From IMG/VR virus record IMGVR_UViG_3300044614_001845, positions 6,689-70,688 of that record: DNA of 64,000 bases; one strand, written 5' to 3'. Position numbers and translations under genes: made by a program. The stretch is from a virus. Under the pieces are notes generated by a model that was not told the origin of the DNA, did no database searches, and saw nothing but the letters and a program-made list of their open reading frames with translations. This document shows positions 1 to 8,247 of the stretch, in pieces. Each line of letters opens with the position of its first letter. The stretch's first letter is position 1.

Positions 1-12
1 TTGCAGGACAAA

Positions 13-420
13 TCAAAGAGTGGAAACATAGTCAATAACGTCTTGCGGCAATTCTTCTTTCAGCCACGCGGATCCATATTTATGTCCATCATCAATAAGA
101 GAATCAAGCCCATGCAAATAATCGCAAGCTTTCTCATAAGTAGAAACATCAGAGCCTTTATTTTTTGCCTGTCGCAGAATTTCCTCTTGCACAAATGTTC
201 CAGCTCGCATGTCATTCAAATGCCAACGCTTCCAAATATCATACAAACGCGCAGGAATGAAATCTTTTACGCTTTCACGAATCTGCCCAAAACCAGTCTC
301 TTCGCCGTCTTCAAAAATAATCCCGGAAATGCTTAGCCTCTTAAATGAATTGCGCTCAGCAATTTCAATGCTAATCTCGCAGTCAAAATCTGAACCGCTG
401 TAGTAAAGAACTTTTTTCAT
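13..420 (-). CDS. hypothetical early protein (WHLNDMRAG motif)
   Basis: 135-aa ORF directly downstream of promoter-hairpin cassette at 456-533. Confidence 0.75.
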   Translation of the reverse strand: MKKVLYYSGSDFDCEISIEIAERNSFKRLSISGIIFEDGEETGFGQIRESVKDFIPARLYDIWKRWHLNDMRAGTFVQEEILRQAKNKGSDVSTYEKACDYLHGLDSLIDDGHKYGSAWLKEELPQDVIDYVSTL

Positions 421-496
421 GAATCTGTGAAATTAAACGAGCAGTGAACAAATAAACAAGCGAGAAAAAAACTACTTCTCTCGCCTGTTCCCTACT

Positions 497-533
497 ATTA
501 TAGCACGTATCACCTTACGTGTCAAGTACTAAT
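497..533 (-). promoter_or_regulatory. early sigma70 promoter P1
   Basis: minus strand ATTAGTAC-TTGACA-N17-TATAAT with extended -10 TG; hairpin at 456-488 downstream. Confidence 0.9.
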
Positions 534-1026
534 TTGCCTCCTTTCTAAAATAACCATCCCACCAAGTCTTTGATTCTTCAATCTGCGCTAACATTTGATT
601 GCAGAAATTCCTGGCATCTTTCTCGTCTTCGTAAATGTACGGGTATTGATCAAATTCATAAACACCGTGATAATCTACAAGCGCTAAATAAGCACTTGCC
701 CGTGTTACGACATTCGTACTAACTAATTTACTAACAAAATCATCAAAATCTATCTCATTGAATTCTGCAACTTCGCTCAACGAATCACTAAACCATTCAG
801 TATGCGTCGCATGAAATTTATTCGTGCCAACAAAAGTATTCTCCTCAATAATACGATGACACGGCTCTAGTGTAATTTCACTGCGCTTTTTGAAATCCTG
901 ATCGTAAATCAACATGATCGAATCATAAATACCACGGCGATCAATGCAAACAAATGCGCCGCCATGCTCAAATGGGTCAGCATCACCAAGATTTGCGATG
1001 CAAAAATAAGAAGGCTGTACAGTCAT
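529..1026 (-). CDS. hypothetical early protein
   Basis: 165-aa acidic ORF; stop TAG lies inside the promoter octamer. Confidence 0.75.
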   Translation of the reverse strand: MTVQPSYFCIANLGDADPFEHGGAFVCIDRRGIYDSIMLIYDQDFKKRSEITLEPCHRIIEENTFVGTNKFHATHTEWFSDSLSEVAEFNEIDFDDFVSKLVSTNVVTRASAYLALVDYHGVYEFDQYPYIYEDEKDARNFCNQMLAQIEESKTWWDGYFRKEAN

Positions 1027-1292
1027 TAGTTTGTTAATGCAATGTAACGAAAATGCGAGTATTCACCAGAAGCAATTGATTTGTTAATTTCTTCTAATGA
1101 ATCAATGGCAGTAATTGCCATCCAAGTTGTATCAGAAATTTTTACGTCAATAGTTTCGTAATCATGATGACAAATGTGAAAAGTCTTGTCGCAAATAAAT
1201 TCGTAGTAAATTACGTCATCTTTTAGATCAAAGAATCCATCACGCGGTAAACCTGAAACCTCTTCGCGTAGTTCCTCAAGCGTGAAATTCAT
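1026..1292 (-). CDS. hypothetical early protein
   Basis: 88-aa ORF, TAATG coupling to next gene. Confidence 0.7.
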   Translation of the reverse strand: MNFTLEELREEVSGLPRDGFFDLKDDVIYYEFICDKTFHICHHDYETIDVKISDTTWMAITAIDSLEEINKSIASGEYSHFRYIALTN

Positions 1293-1294
1293 GA

Positions 1295-1459
1295 TTAAAC
1301 CTCTGGAATTCCTGAAAATTTACTGTCGCTGATTTCAAAGTATTCGTAATAAAAACCCTTTGGAATTGATTTAATTGCAGCCTCCAGTGATGGTGCCGTG
1401 ACTCTGTAAATATCGTTGAATTTATTAAAAAAGATGTAAGTTCGCTTTGTTAAGCTCAT
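1295..1459 (-). CDS. small hypothetical protein (54 aa, not in ORF track)
   Basis: hand translation MSLTKRTYIFFNKFND...GIPEV fills the gap between neighbours. Confidence 0.6.
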   Translation of the reverse strand: MSLTKRTYIFFNKFNDIYRVTAPSLEAAIKSIPKGFYYEYFEISDSKFSGIPEV

Positions 1460-1462
1460 AGA

Positions 1463-1744
1463 TCAAATATGCGGGGTGGGATAATTAAACTCTGTGCCCG
1501 TAGAAAGCTTTGTAATTTCAATGTCTTCTTTGGGCAAACAAATCAAAGCCTGATCAAGAACCATTTTTGCAAATTCTTCTGATGCAGGCTTTGCATCAAT
1601 CATCTTGCCGTCTTGCGTTGTTTTCTCCATACGAAAACAATTTTCAAATGCGCCCCAATGAATTCGATGAAAGCGCACAATAAATAACTGTTTCGCATCT
1701 CGTCTGTCAAAGAGACGAAACTCTTGAATTTGTCGAATGTTCAT
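1463..1744 (-). CDS. hypothetical early protein
   Basis: 93-aa ORF in tight operon. Confidence 0.7.
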   Translation of the reverse strand: MNIRQIQEFRLFDRRDAKQLFIVRFHRIHWGAFENCFRMEKTTQDGKMIDAKPASEEFAKMVLDQALICLPKEDIEITKLSTGTEFNYPTPHI

Positions 1745-1747
1745 GAA

Positions 1748-2002
1748 TCAAGCCTGTTCGTAGAAGTTAACAAATGCGACTGTGCAGCTGCCAATCGGGC
1801 GCAGTTCAAAATAGTCTCCGTTGTCAAATGTTTTGCAACGAACACCAGTCAGCCCGAGTTCTTTTTTTGCAGCAGTAACAATTTGTCGCTGCGTTGCATT
1901 TTCTTGTGTGAAAAATGTACCGCGACGCACCCACGAATAATTTGCTTCACCAGCAAATGTATCTGTGTACTCGCATGTCCACTTGAAAACTTTGTCGCTC
2001 AT
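1748..2002 (-). CDS. hypothetical early protein (YTDTFAGEANYSWVRR motif)
   Basis: 84-aa ORF, first gene after promoter P2. Confidence 0.75.
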   Translation of the reverse strand: MSDKVFKWTCEYTDTFAGEANYSWVRRGTFFTQENATQRQIVTAAKKELGLTGVRCKTFDNGDYFELRPIGSCTVAFVNFYEQA

Positions 2003-2073
2003 GATTTTCTGTGAAATAAAAAAGAAACAAATGCGACGAAAAAGAAAGTAGTTCTCTCCCGTCGCATGTCTAC

Positions 2074-2110
2074 ATTATAGCACGTATCAGCTTACGTGTC
2101 AAGTATTAAT
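2074..2110 (-). promoter_or_regulatory. early sigma70 promoter P2
   Basis: ATTAATAC-TTGACA-N17-TATAAT; spacer nearly identical to P1; hairpin at 2031-2067. Confidence 0.9.
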
Positions 2111-2367
2111 CAATCCGCATAGGCAAAAGAATAACGCTCGTTATACAAATCGCAGGCGTATTTTTCTTCATTGCTAATTTCATCTTCGCCACACCTTGAA
2201 TCAATCCAGTCGGGCGACAATTCATTGCAGTCGAGCATGTCACGAATTTGATCGTGACTCATGAATTTAAGACACGCGAGAAGTAAATCGTTTTCCGTCG
2301 TATGTTCTTCCTCAAGTAACTGCATCGCGTAATCGCGTGGATCGTCTTGAAAATTGTCGAAGTCCAT
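2110..2367 (-). CDS. hypothetical acidic early protein
   Basis: 85-aa D/E-rich ORF. Confidence 0.7.
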   Translation of the reverse strand: MDFDNFQDDPRDYAMQLLEEEHTTENDLLLACLKFMSHDQIRDMLDCNELSPDWIDSRCGEDEISNEEKYACDLYNERYSFAYAD

Positions 2368-2376
2368 TTTCTGAAA

Positions 2377-2562
2377 TTAAAAGGGGTTTGTCCAGGAATT
2401 TGCTTGGCGATCAGTTATCTCGCCGTCTCTATGCAATGTGTCGATGAAATCAACAAATGCTTGTCGTTTTGCAACAACATCATTCTTTTGTTCTGGGCAT
2501 TGGAACTTAATGTAATGCGCCCATTCATCATTAAACATTGAAACGGCTTGTTTGTTTGTCAC
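2377..2562 (-). CDS. hypothetical early protein
   Basis: 61-aa ORF (FVDFIDTLHRDGEIT...WTNPF), first gene after P3. Confidence 0.7.
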   Translation of the reverse strand: MTNKQAVSMFNDEWAHYIKFQCPEQKNDVVAKRQAFVDFIDTLHRDGEITDRQANSWTNPF

Positions 2563-2623
2563 GGAAATAAATGCAAATGAACAAAAGTGCGATAAAAACT
2601 AATGCTCTCATCGCAACAAGTGC

Positions 2624-2660
2624 ATTGTAGCAGTTATCATGTTATTTGTCAAGTATTAAC
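2624..2660 (-). promoter_or_regulatory. early sigma70 promoter P3
   Basis: GTTAATAC-TTGACA-N17-TACAAT; hairpin at 2588-2615. Confidence 0.85.
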
Positions 2661-2943
2661 CTTCCACCTCCGAATAACTAACGCCGGGCATACCGCAAAG
2701 AAAGTTAGGACGATTTAATTTTTTATGCACATAGTTAACGTATTCGTTGAATGTTGCCGCAGGAACATTGCCAAACAAATACATGTGAAGCTTCAATGCT
2801 TCTCCCTTCGCATACAAATTAATAATGTCTTTATCTTGATCGTCTGCGATCTCTTTGTTGATTTCTAGTGCGTAATCAAGAATGTCCTGTTTGCAGGAAA
2901 ATTGAGCACGAAAGTTCATGATGTCCTGATTTGTGAGTTGCAT
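2656..2943 (-). CDS. hypothetical early protein
   Basis: 95-aa ORF; stop inside the promoter octamer. Confidence 0.7.
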   Translation of the reverse strand: MQLTNQDIMNFRAQFSCKQDILDYALEINKEIADDQDKDIINLYAKGEALKLHMYLFGNVPAATFNEYVNYVHKKLNRPNFLCGMPGVSYSEVEG

Positions 2944-2950
2944 AATTGAA

Positions 2951-3166
2951 TCAACCGTTTACAATTTGCTGAAATTGATCAAAAACTTTTTGCTTTGAAC
3001 CCTTCAGATTAAATTGATTTTTGATTACCGAATAAGCAGATTGCCCTCTAGAAATCTTCATGCCTTTAATTTCCAGGGCCAGTGCTCGCAGTAAAACTTT
3101 CATTCGATAAATCTGAATGTCGTCACCTGAAATAACAGTGCCGCCGTCAAAATTTTCAATTGCCAT
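2951..3166 (-). CDS. hypothetical early protein
   Basis: 71-aa ORF (LALEIKGMKISRGQSAY), first gene after P4. Confidence 0.7.
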   Translation of the reverse strand: MAIENFDGGTVISGDDIQIYRMKVLLRALALEIKGMKISRGQSAYSVIKNQFNLKGSKQKVFDQFQQIVNG

Positions 3167-3211
3167 GAAATTAAAAAAGAAACAACTGCGACAAAAGAGA
3201 TCAGATCTCTC

Positions 3212-3532
3212 TCATCGCATGTGACTATTATAGCACTTATCACGTTCCTTGTCAAGTACTAATTTGATGACTTCTTTAGCAAATATCTTTTGATCACAAA
3301 CATTGCACGTTAGAAATCTATCATTTTTATTCACGCAGTCTGTCTTAATGATCCAGGAATCAAGCGTCGCAAATCTTTCACGAAATACGTGACAGCATTG
3401 TGCGCAAGCAATAAAATTGCCATGAGTCAAAACGTATCTAGTCTTTGAGTGTCTTCTATTTGTCAGAAACTGCGCTGCAAGAATGTCCGCCGTGCGTAGT
3501 GAATAGCTCTTTGAACTCATCAAATCAATCAT
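3212..3532 (-). CDS. hypothetical protein with two CxxC pairs (possible Zn-binding)
   Basis: CAQC and CNVC; 3' end runs through P4. Confidence 0.55.
   Translation of the reverse strand: MIDLMSSKSYSLRTADILAAQFLTNRRHSKTRYVLTHGNFIACAQCCHVFRERFATLDSWIIKTDCVNKNDRFLTCNVCDQKIFAKEVIKLVLDKERDKCYNSHMR
3227..3263 (-). promoter_or_regulatory. early sigma70 promoter P4
   Basis: ATTAGTAC-TTGACA-N17-TATAAT; hairpin at 3187-3219. Confidence 0.9.
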
Positions 3533-3588
3533 CCATAAGTAAATCTACCTAGCCCTTAAAAGCCCCTGCAGTGCTCACGAATCTGACT

Positions 3589-3660
3589 GGCGCAGAAATA
3601 CCCGTGACGGGCGCAGAAAGCTGCTACTGGGGCAGGAATCAAGGGCTGAGGGCGCAGAAA
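3589..3660. repeat. GGCGCAGAAA direct repeats (3 exact, 1 degenerate), ~21-bp spacing
   Basis: copies at 3589, 3610, 3651; GGGGCAGGAA at 3629. Confidence 0.7.
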
Positions 3661-3673
3661 TCAACCAGCTGAA

Positions 3674-3859
3674 TCAAGAATCCAGCGTTTTCTTGATACG
3701 AGCGTGAAGATCTTTGTAAAGAATACGAACTTCTTTCCACGCCCGCTCATTTTCTTCTTTTGTGCCGCCCTTAATCAAAGGGACAAAGTTTTCACCAAAA
3801 TTGTGCATAAATGAAATTGCGGACAACAAAGCAAGTTTTTCTTTTTTACTCAGTGACAT
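3674..3859 (-). CDS. hypothetical protein
   Basis: 61-aa ORF overlapping the upstream stop. Confidence 0.6.
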   Translation of the reverse strand: MSLSKKEKLALLSAISFMHNFGENFVPLIKGGTKEENERAWKEVRILYKDLHARIKKTLDS

Positions 3860-4172
3860 CGTTCATTTCACGAATGATCCTGTTCGCCTGTGCAACTGTG
3901 CTTTGTGCAAATATCTCGCACAGCATCGAAAGTTGCTCGTCGTCAAATGCCTCAATAATCTTTAGGGGCGAACAAAATACTTGCATTTCATTGAAGTTGC
4001 CACTATTCATTTCTTGATAAAAAAGCAGAACTGCTGTAGTAAGCAGCTCCGCCTCAAGAACATAACAATGCAAAATCTCTTCTGCTGTTAGCTTGGATGA
4101 ATCTCTGTCGCCATTTTTAAGCGACATGTAATTCATCACAAGTCTGTCAGAATCTGCAATTCCTTGCATCAT
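3846..4172 (-). CDS. hypothetical protein
   Basis: 108-aa ORF, ATGA coupling. Confidence 0.65.
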   Translation of the reverse strand: MMQGIADSDRLVMNYMSLKNGDRDSSKLTAEEILHCYVLEAELLTTAVLLFYQEMNSGNFNEMQVFCSPLKIIEAFDDEQLSMLCEIFAQSTVAQANRIIREMNDVTE

Positions 4173-4717
4173 CCCTTCGCCTCCATTTTTTCTTGAAACG
4201 CACGAGCATAAATCTCATTAGCGGTTACAGGTGCCTCCCCGCCGCTGTTGTCATAAAGAAACTGCGGGGTTGGGTCAATAGTGCCAAACTCAATCGCAAA
4301 TTGACGCTGTTCGTTCATCAAGTATTCTGCTGTCGCAAAAAACTCGTCGGGATCCGTGCCCGAATCAACTAACTCGCCGCCTTCTTTAATCTCCCAGTAA
4401 ACATCGTGACCATCATGATAATTAACTTGATAGTAAACGGGCTGAGCTACTTCTGAACGTGGAATAATCTGCGTAGCATCAATGAAAATCTCGCAATTTT
4501 CAGGCTGATCGCCGCTGTGAATCTCTGCAATCATTTGCAGCACGTCTTTCATAGCGTCCTCCCCGCTTTTTTGTGAAACATTTTTCGTGAATTTTTTGGT
4601 CTCTTTATCGTAACCAAGCTTGTAGCGATTGACAAGCCAGAGAGCAGTATTTGACATTTCTTGATCGAAATAATCTGGTGGATCGAGAGGGCGAGGGTCG
4701 TAAATAAAGTCAGACAT
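4169..4717 (-). CDS. hypothetical acidic protein
   Basis: 182-aa ORF. Confidence 0.7.
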   Translation of the reverse strand: MSDFIYDPRPLDPPDYFDQEMSNTALWLVNRYKLGYDKETKKFTKNVSQKSGEDAMKDVLQMIAEIHSGDQPENCEIFIDATQIIPRSEVAQPVYYQVNYHDGHDVYWEIKEGGELVDSGTDPDEFFATAEYLMNEQRQFAIEFGTIDPTPQFLYDNSGGEAPVTANEIYARAFQEKMEAKG

Positions 4718-4913
4718 TTACTTTGTGAGCGAAAATGGATTGTGCAAAACGTGAGCCCGGTCCGTAAGCTTCAACAAGCTCAGGGAACGCTTTAATAATC
4801 TTTTGCTTGTTTGTACTGTCTGCCGCGCAAATTGCATCAGCCAGCTTTGTGCAGAAACTGCCGCCATAGCGACGCATGGTTTCTGTGAGAATGTAAAAAT
4901 CGTCTGAAGTCAT
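4710..4913 (-). CDS. hypothetical protein (MRRYGGSF...AD motif)
   Basis: start moved to ATG 4913 because the longer ORF runs through promoter P5. Confidence 0.7.
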   Translation of the reverse strand: MTSDDFYILTETMRRYGGSFCTKLADAICAADSTNKQKIIKAFPELVEAYGPGSRFAQSIFAHKVNV

Positions 4914-4970
4914 TTCTCTGTGAAAAGAATTTGCTTGTGAGAAGAGCGACTCGATTGCCGCTCTCAGTGC

Positions 4971-5007
4971 ATTGTAAGCGACGACGCGGCACATGTCAAG
5001 TACTAAT
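4971..5007 (-). promoter_or_regulatory. early sigma70 promoter P5
   Basis: ATTAGTAC-TTGACA-N17-TACAAT; hairpin at 4942-4965. Confidence 0.85.
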
Positions 5008-5011
5008 CAAT

Positions 5012-5431
5012 TCAGCTTAAATAAATTTTGCCGTCATCGCCAACGCAGGTAAAGATTTCATACTGACTACGCGCCGCATCTGTAAGAATTTCTGAAACCT
5101 CAGAAGCCCAGTCGCCGTCCCAAAATCCAGCGCCATGATGATTCCTGGTAAGTATGTAATCGTATTCGGTTTGATTTTCGCTTGGTTGCATTAAATCATA
5201 AAAGTCATCAATGCTGTCCCAAGTGTCGCCAACTTTTTCCATTATCTTGGGTTCAACAATCTCAATAAATTGCTGAAACTCGTTGTAAAGACTTTCTAGT
5301 GACTTTTGATCAAAGTCATTGATGCTGTAATTTTTATCAAGCGGCACGCCGTCAAAATCGCACTCCGTATAGAGAATTGTTTCTGCGAGTGCCTGAGCCG
5401 TTGGGTTCACAGTAATCATCGTCATCTTCAA
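5012..5431 (-). CDS. hypothetical acidic early protein (TRNHHGAGFWD motif)
   Basis: 139-aa ORF, very D/E-rich. Confidence 0.75.
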   Translation of the reverse strand: MKMTMITVNPTAQALAETILYTECDFDGVPLDKNYSINDFDQKSLESLYNEFQQFIEIVEPKIMEKVGDTWDSIDDFYDLMQPSENQTEYDYILTRNHHGAGFWDGDWASEVSEILTDAARSQYEIFTCVGDDGKIYLS

Positions 5432-5745
5432 TAAAGATTACCAAGTTCAAATTCTTTTAATGCTGAAATTGCTAATTCAGTCGAAACAAATGCAATAATC
5501 TCCGGTTTGTTTGTAAAAAAGAAATCTTTGTCACTCGCAAACTTCGCCCAATAAAGCGAGAAATGCGAGCCAGCAAAAGTTGTGGCGCGACTAACAGAGC
5601 TGGGCAGATAATCAAAATGACCCTCCTGGGAAAGCGCGTAAATCTGACATAGATCACGCATCAACTGATTAAATGTTTTGCCGTCGTGATTTTCCAAAAA
5701 CAGCAAATACTTGCCGCTTTCTTCACGTAATTTAAGTGATGACAT
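5428..5745 (-). CDS. hypothetical early protein
   Basis: 105-aa ORF, first gene after P6. Confidence 0.7.
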   Translation of the reverse strand: MSSLKLREESGKYLLFLENHDGKTFNQLMRDLCQIYALSQEGHFDYLPSSVSRATTFAGSHFSLYWAKFASDKDFFFTNKPEIIAFVSTELAISALKEFELGNLY

Positions 5746-5790
5746 TTTTCTGACGATAAAAAAGACCGCTCTGTGTTGAACGGTCTTTGT

Positions 5791-5827
5791 ATTATAGCAT
5801 CAATCGCAAGACTTGTCAAGTACTAAT
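5791..5827 (-). promoter_or_regulatory. early sigma70 promoter P6
   Basis: ATTAGTAC-TTGACA-N17-TATAAT; hairpin at 5761-5788 followed by a U run. Confidence 0.9.
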
Positions 5828-6128
5828 CTTGACTGGCTCTTTCACACATTTGCTGAAATGTAATAAATCCAAGATCGTCATCCATTCCCTCCGCCTGCAT
5901 AATTTTTTCTCGCAGTTCAGATATTTGATTGACGTGCCTCATGATCACATCAGCCTTAACGGCGAGAGTTGTATAAATCTCACGACTTAACCAAGGCGTC
6001 AAAAAAGCAGCAATTTGTGCTTTTGTTTTTTCTCGCTTGAGTGTTTTAATGCAATCCTCAAGCTGTAAATGCAATCCCAGTAGGAGCGCGTTTAACTCGT
6101 AAGTGTAAAGCTCTGATTTTAGTTTCAT
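5823..6128 (-). CDS. hypothetical protein
   Basis: 101-aa ORF; stop inside the promoter octamer. Confidence 0.7.
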   Translation of the reverse strand: MKLKSELYTYELNALLLGLHLQLEDCIKTLKREKTKAQIAAFLTPWLSREIYTTLAVKADVIMRHVNQISELREKIMQAEGMDDDLGFITFQQMCERASQD

Positions 6129-6131
6129 GAT

Positions 6132-6593
6132 TCAATCAAGATAGCGGGAAGCTTTGCCACAGAAAACAAGATCCATGACACCGTGAAAATCAGTGGGAGC
6201 AACACTGTAATCATAATCACCATTGCCCTTAGTGATGAAATAAAACCTTGCAGTTTCACGAATAATTTTGTTTTGAACGCTGGCGAGACGATCATCTTTC
6301 ATCAAGCGCAGCATGTGAATCTCGACCGATGAGAAATCATACTCAGATTCTTCTTGTTTGCGCTTTTCATAAAGCTTGCAATACATGGGAAGAAACAAAC
6401 TGCCCAGCTCGCTAATCATCCACAAGCGTGTATCGCCTTCACGCATTTTATTCAAAATCTTTCGATCATGAATAGCAACGTCAGTCCAGTTGTGTCTGAC
6501 AACATCTTCTGCTTCAAAACACATCCACTCGTGAAGCGTTTTATTTCGCAGAATACGTTTAACAGGCTCTTGCCTGCTAATAATTTGTGTCAT
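6132..6593 (-). CDS. hypothetical protein
   Basis: ATG at 6593 downstream of P7. Confidence 0.7.
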   Translation of the reverse strand: MTQIISRQEPVKRILRNKTLHEWMCFEAEDVVRHNWTDVAIHDRKILNKMREGDTRLWMISELGSLFLPMYCKLYEKRKQEESEYDFSSVEIHMLRLMKDDRLASVQNKIIRETARFYFITKGNGDYDYSVAPTDFHGVMDLVFCGKASRYLD

Positions 6594-6629
6594 TTGCACT
6601 GTACGCAAAGTTGAATGAAGAACGATGCC

Positions 6630-6666
6630 ATTGTAACAGGTTTCAGCTTACTTGTCAAGTACTAAT
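6630..6666 (-). promoter_or_regulatory. early sigma70 promoter P7 (no hairpin)
   Basis: ATTAGTAC-TTGACA-N17-TACAAT. Confidence 0.85.
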
Positions 6667-6677
6667 CTGATTGCGCT

Positions 6678-7223
6678 TTACAAGAAAGAAACCTGGAGAT
6701 CAGGGTAAATAACTTTGTTCATCAAACGTGGCAAGATTTTTCTTGCTTCGCTGATTGGCAGAAATGGCTCCGTGCGAACAAACCCGCACTTTGAATAAGG
6801 ACATACCCATTTCGCAATGTTGTTGTGAACATAAATCAATGGGTACTCACTCTTGTTGCCAATCCAAATACAACCTTCATCAACTGCAACATGCGAATTA
6901 AAGCGAGTGCGAACAAATGGAAAGAAAGCGCCCTCAGCAGCTGCAAAATTATTGTAATCAAAGTAAATTCCACCCCACGCCCGCTGCTGTAACTGAAAGT
7001 ATCTATCAGTAAAAAGCCCAGGTATTTGAAATTCTTTCATTGCATTGCGCTCAATATCCAACTGATCTTCATAAATACTTTTAAGCCTCAATGAATAAGA
7101 TTTATTGTTTGTCAGCGCCTCTTTACAAAGCGCGAATCTTTTCTTCGTTTGCGTTTCTGTAAATAGCAGTGCTCCAGTCTCCGAATATTTGAAGTGCAAT
7201 TTCTTCACTCGCCTTTGTGTCAT
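6678..7223 (-). CDS. hypothetical protein
   Basis: 181-aa ORF. Confidence 0.65.
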   Translation of the reverse strand: MTQRRVKKLHFKYSETGALLFTETQTKKRFALCKEALTNNKSYSLRLKSIYEDQLDIERNAMKEFQIPGLFTDRYFQLQQRAWGGIYFDYNNFAAAEGAFFPFVRTRFNSHVAVDEGCIWIGNKSEYPLIYVHNNIAKWVCPYSKCGFVRTEPFLPISEARKILPRLMNKVIYPDLQVSFL

Positions 7224-7671
7224 ACCTTTCGACTTCCGACAAAATTGGACGCTTTGTTACTATAAAGCCTTTCAGGTATTGATGAAGCTTCCATCCATAA
7301 TCTTTTGCATCTAAATTCCAAAGCCATTCAAGTATTTGAAAAGAGCGCAGACGGCACCAATACCAGTAAGAACGAAACTTAACCGCGTCTGTTGGCAAAG
7401 AAATCTGCGCGACATAAAAAGTCTCTGAGCAAAGAAACTCTCCAACTTCGGGAGCACCAATACGATTTATGAAATAATTATTCCACCATCGCTGTTTTAA
7501 TTTGACGTTTGCTTTCAAAACCTGAAAATAGTATCTGCGTCGCATGACGTACAAAGCTTTCTCCTTCCAGTCAAGAGAAGCGTGCTTTCTAGCTTTTCCA
7601 CTGCGCGGAGAAAAGTCGTGAGGAGCTAACTGAATCCGATGCTTGAAGGCTTTTTTTGTAGCGCTACTCAC
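7123..7671 (-). CDS. hypothetical basic/aromatic protein
   Basis: 182-aa ORF, first gene of the leftward arm. Confidence 0.6.
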   Translation of the reverse strand: MSSATKKAFKHRIQLAPHDFSPRSGKARKHASLDWKEKALYVMRRRYYFQVLKANVKLKQRWWNNYFINRIGAPEVGEFLCSETFYVAQISLPTDAVKFRSYWYWCRLRSFQILEWLWNLDAKDYGWKLHQYLKGFIVTKRPILSEVERYDTKASEEIALQIFGDWSTAIYRNANEEKIRAL

Positions 7672-7720
7672 AAATCCATTGCGTGCGCGAAAGATTGTAG
7701 GTTACAGTCGATGAAAGCTT

Positions 7721-7927
7721 TTGAGGGCTCATGTCGTGTCTCGCTTCCTCTACGCCGTAATTGTGCCTGATGGCGCAAATGAAATCGGGAAGACAAAAAT
7801 TCTTTCCGGGCGCCTTCTTGAACAAGACACGCTGGAAGCGATTAAAACGGTAGAGCGCCTACATCCAGATGCGCTAGAGCTTCACGTCTACCGGGAGAAG
7901 GCTCATGCAATTTCCAGCGTCAGATGA
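7721..7927 (+). CDS. hypothetical protein
   Basis: first ORF of the rightward arm; start uncertain. Confidence 0.5.
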   Translation: MRAHVVSRFLYAVIVPDGANEIGKTKILSGRLLEQDTLEAIKTVERLHPDALELHVYREKAHAISSVR

Positions 7928-8177
7928 AGAAAAGCGGCTCGTGCATGAATCTGTACGCGAGTTAATCGAGTCGCTTTCTAAATCAGCGAGCCTTGCAAGT
8001 AATCTCGTTGCGTTCTTAAACGAAAACTTTCTGGCAATAAGCAAAGACTATAGAAAAGAACTTCTTGCAAGCGTCACGGAAATTGATGCTTCTTTATGGC
8101 ACTTGAGCCTGCAGGTTTACAACATGAATAAAGCGAAAGAAAGAATCATTAGCAAGCCTGAGCAAAAACGCTGTTGA
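7905..8177 (+). CDS. hypothetical helical protein
   Basis: 90-aa ORF. Confidence 0.6.
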   Translation: MQFPASDEEKRLVHESVRELIESLSKSASLASNLVAFLNENFLAISKDYRKELLASVTEIDASLWHLSLQVYNMNKAKERIISKPEQKRC

Positions 8178-8191
8178 TACGCTGACTTGTA

Positions 8192-8220
8192 TTGACAGGA
8201 TGCCCCTAAGACTTTACACT
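8192..8220 (+). promoter_or_regulatory. sigma70-type promoter
   Basis: TTGACA-N17-TACACT upstream of 8248; imperfect inverted repeat overlaps the -10. Confidence 0.65.
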
Positions 8221-8247
8221 TAAGGGGTTCTATGCAAAAACCTTGCT

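Noticed and set aside
497-6666. Dispersed repeats considered as a CRISPR array or integron attC sites
   Set aside because: Spacing is hundreds of bp with whole genes between; the repeats are sigma70 promoters; no cas or integrase gene
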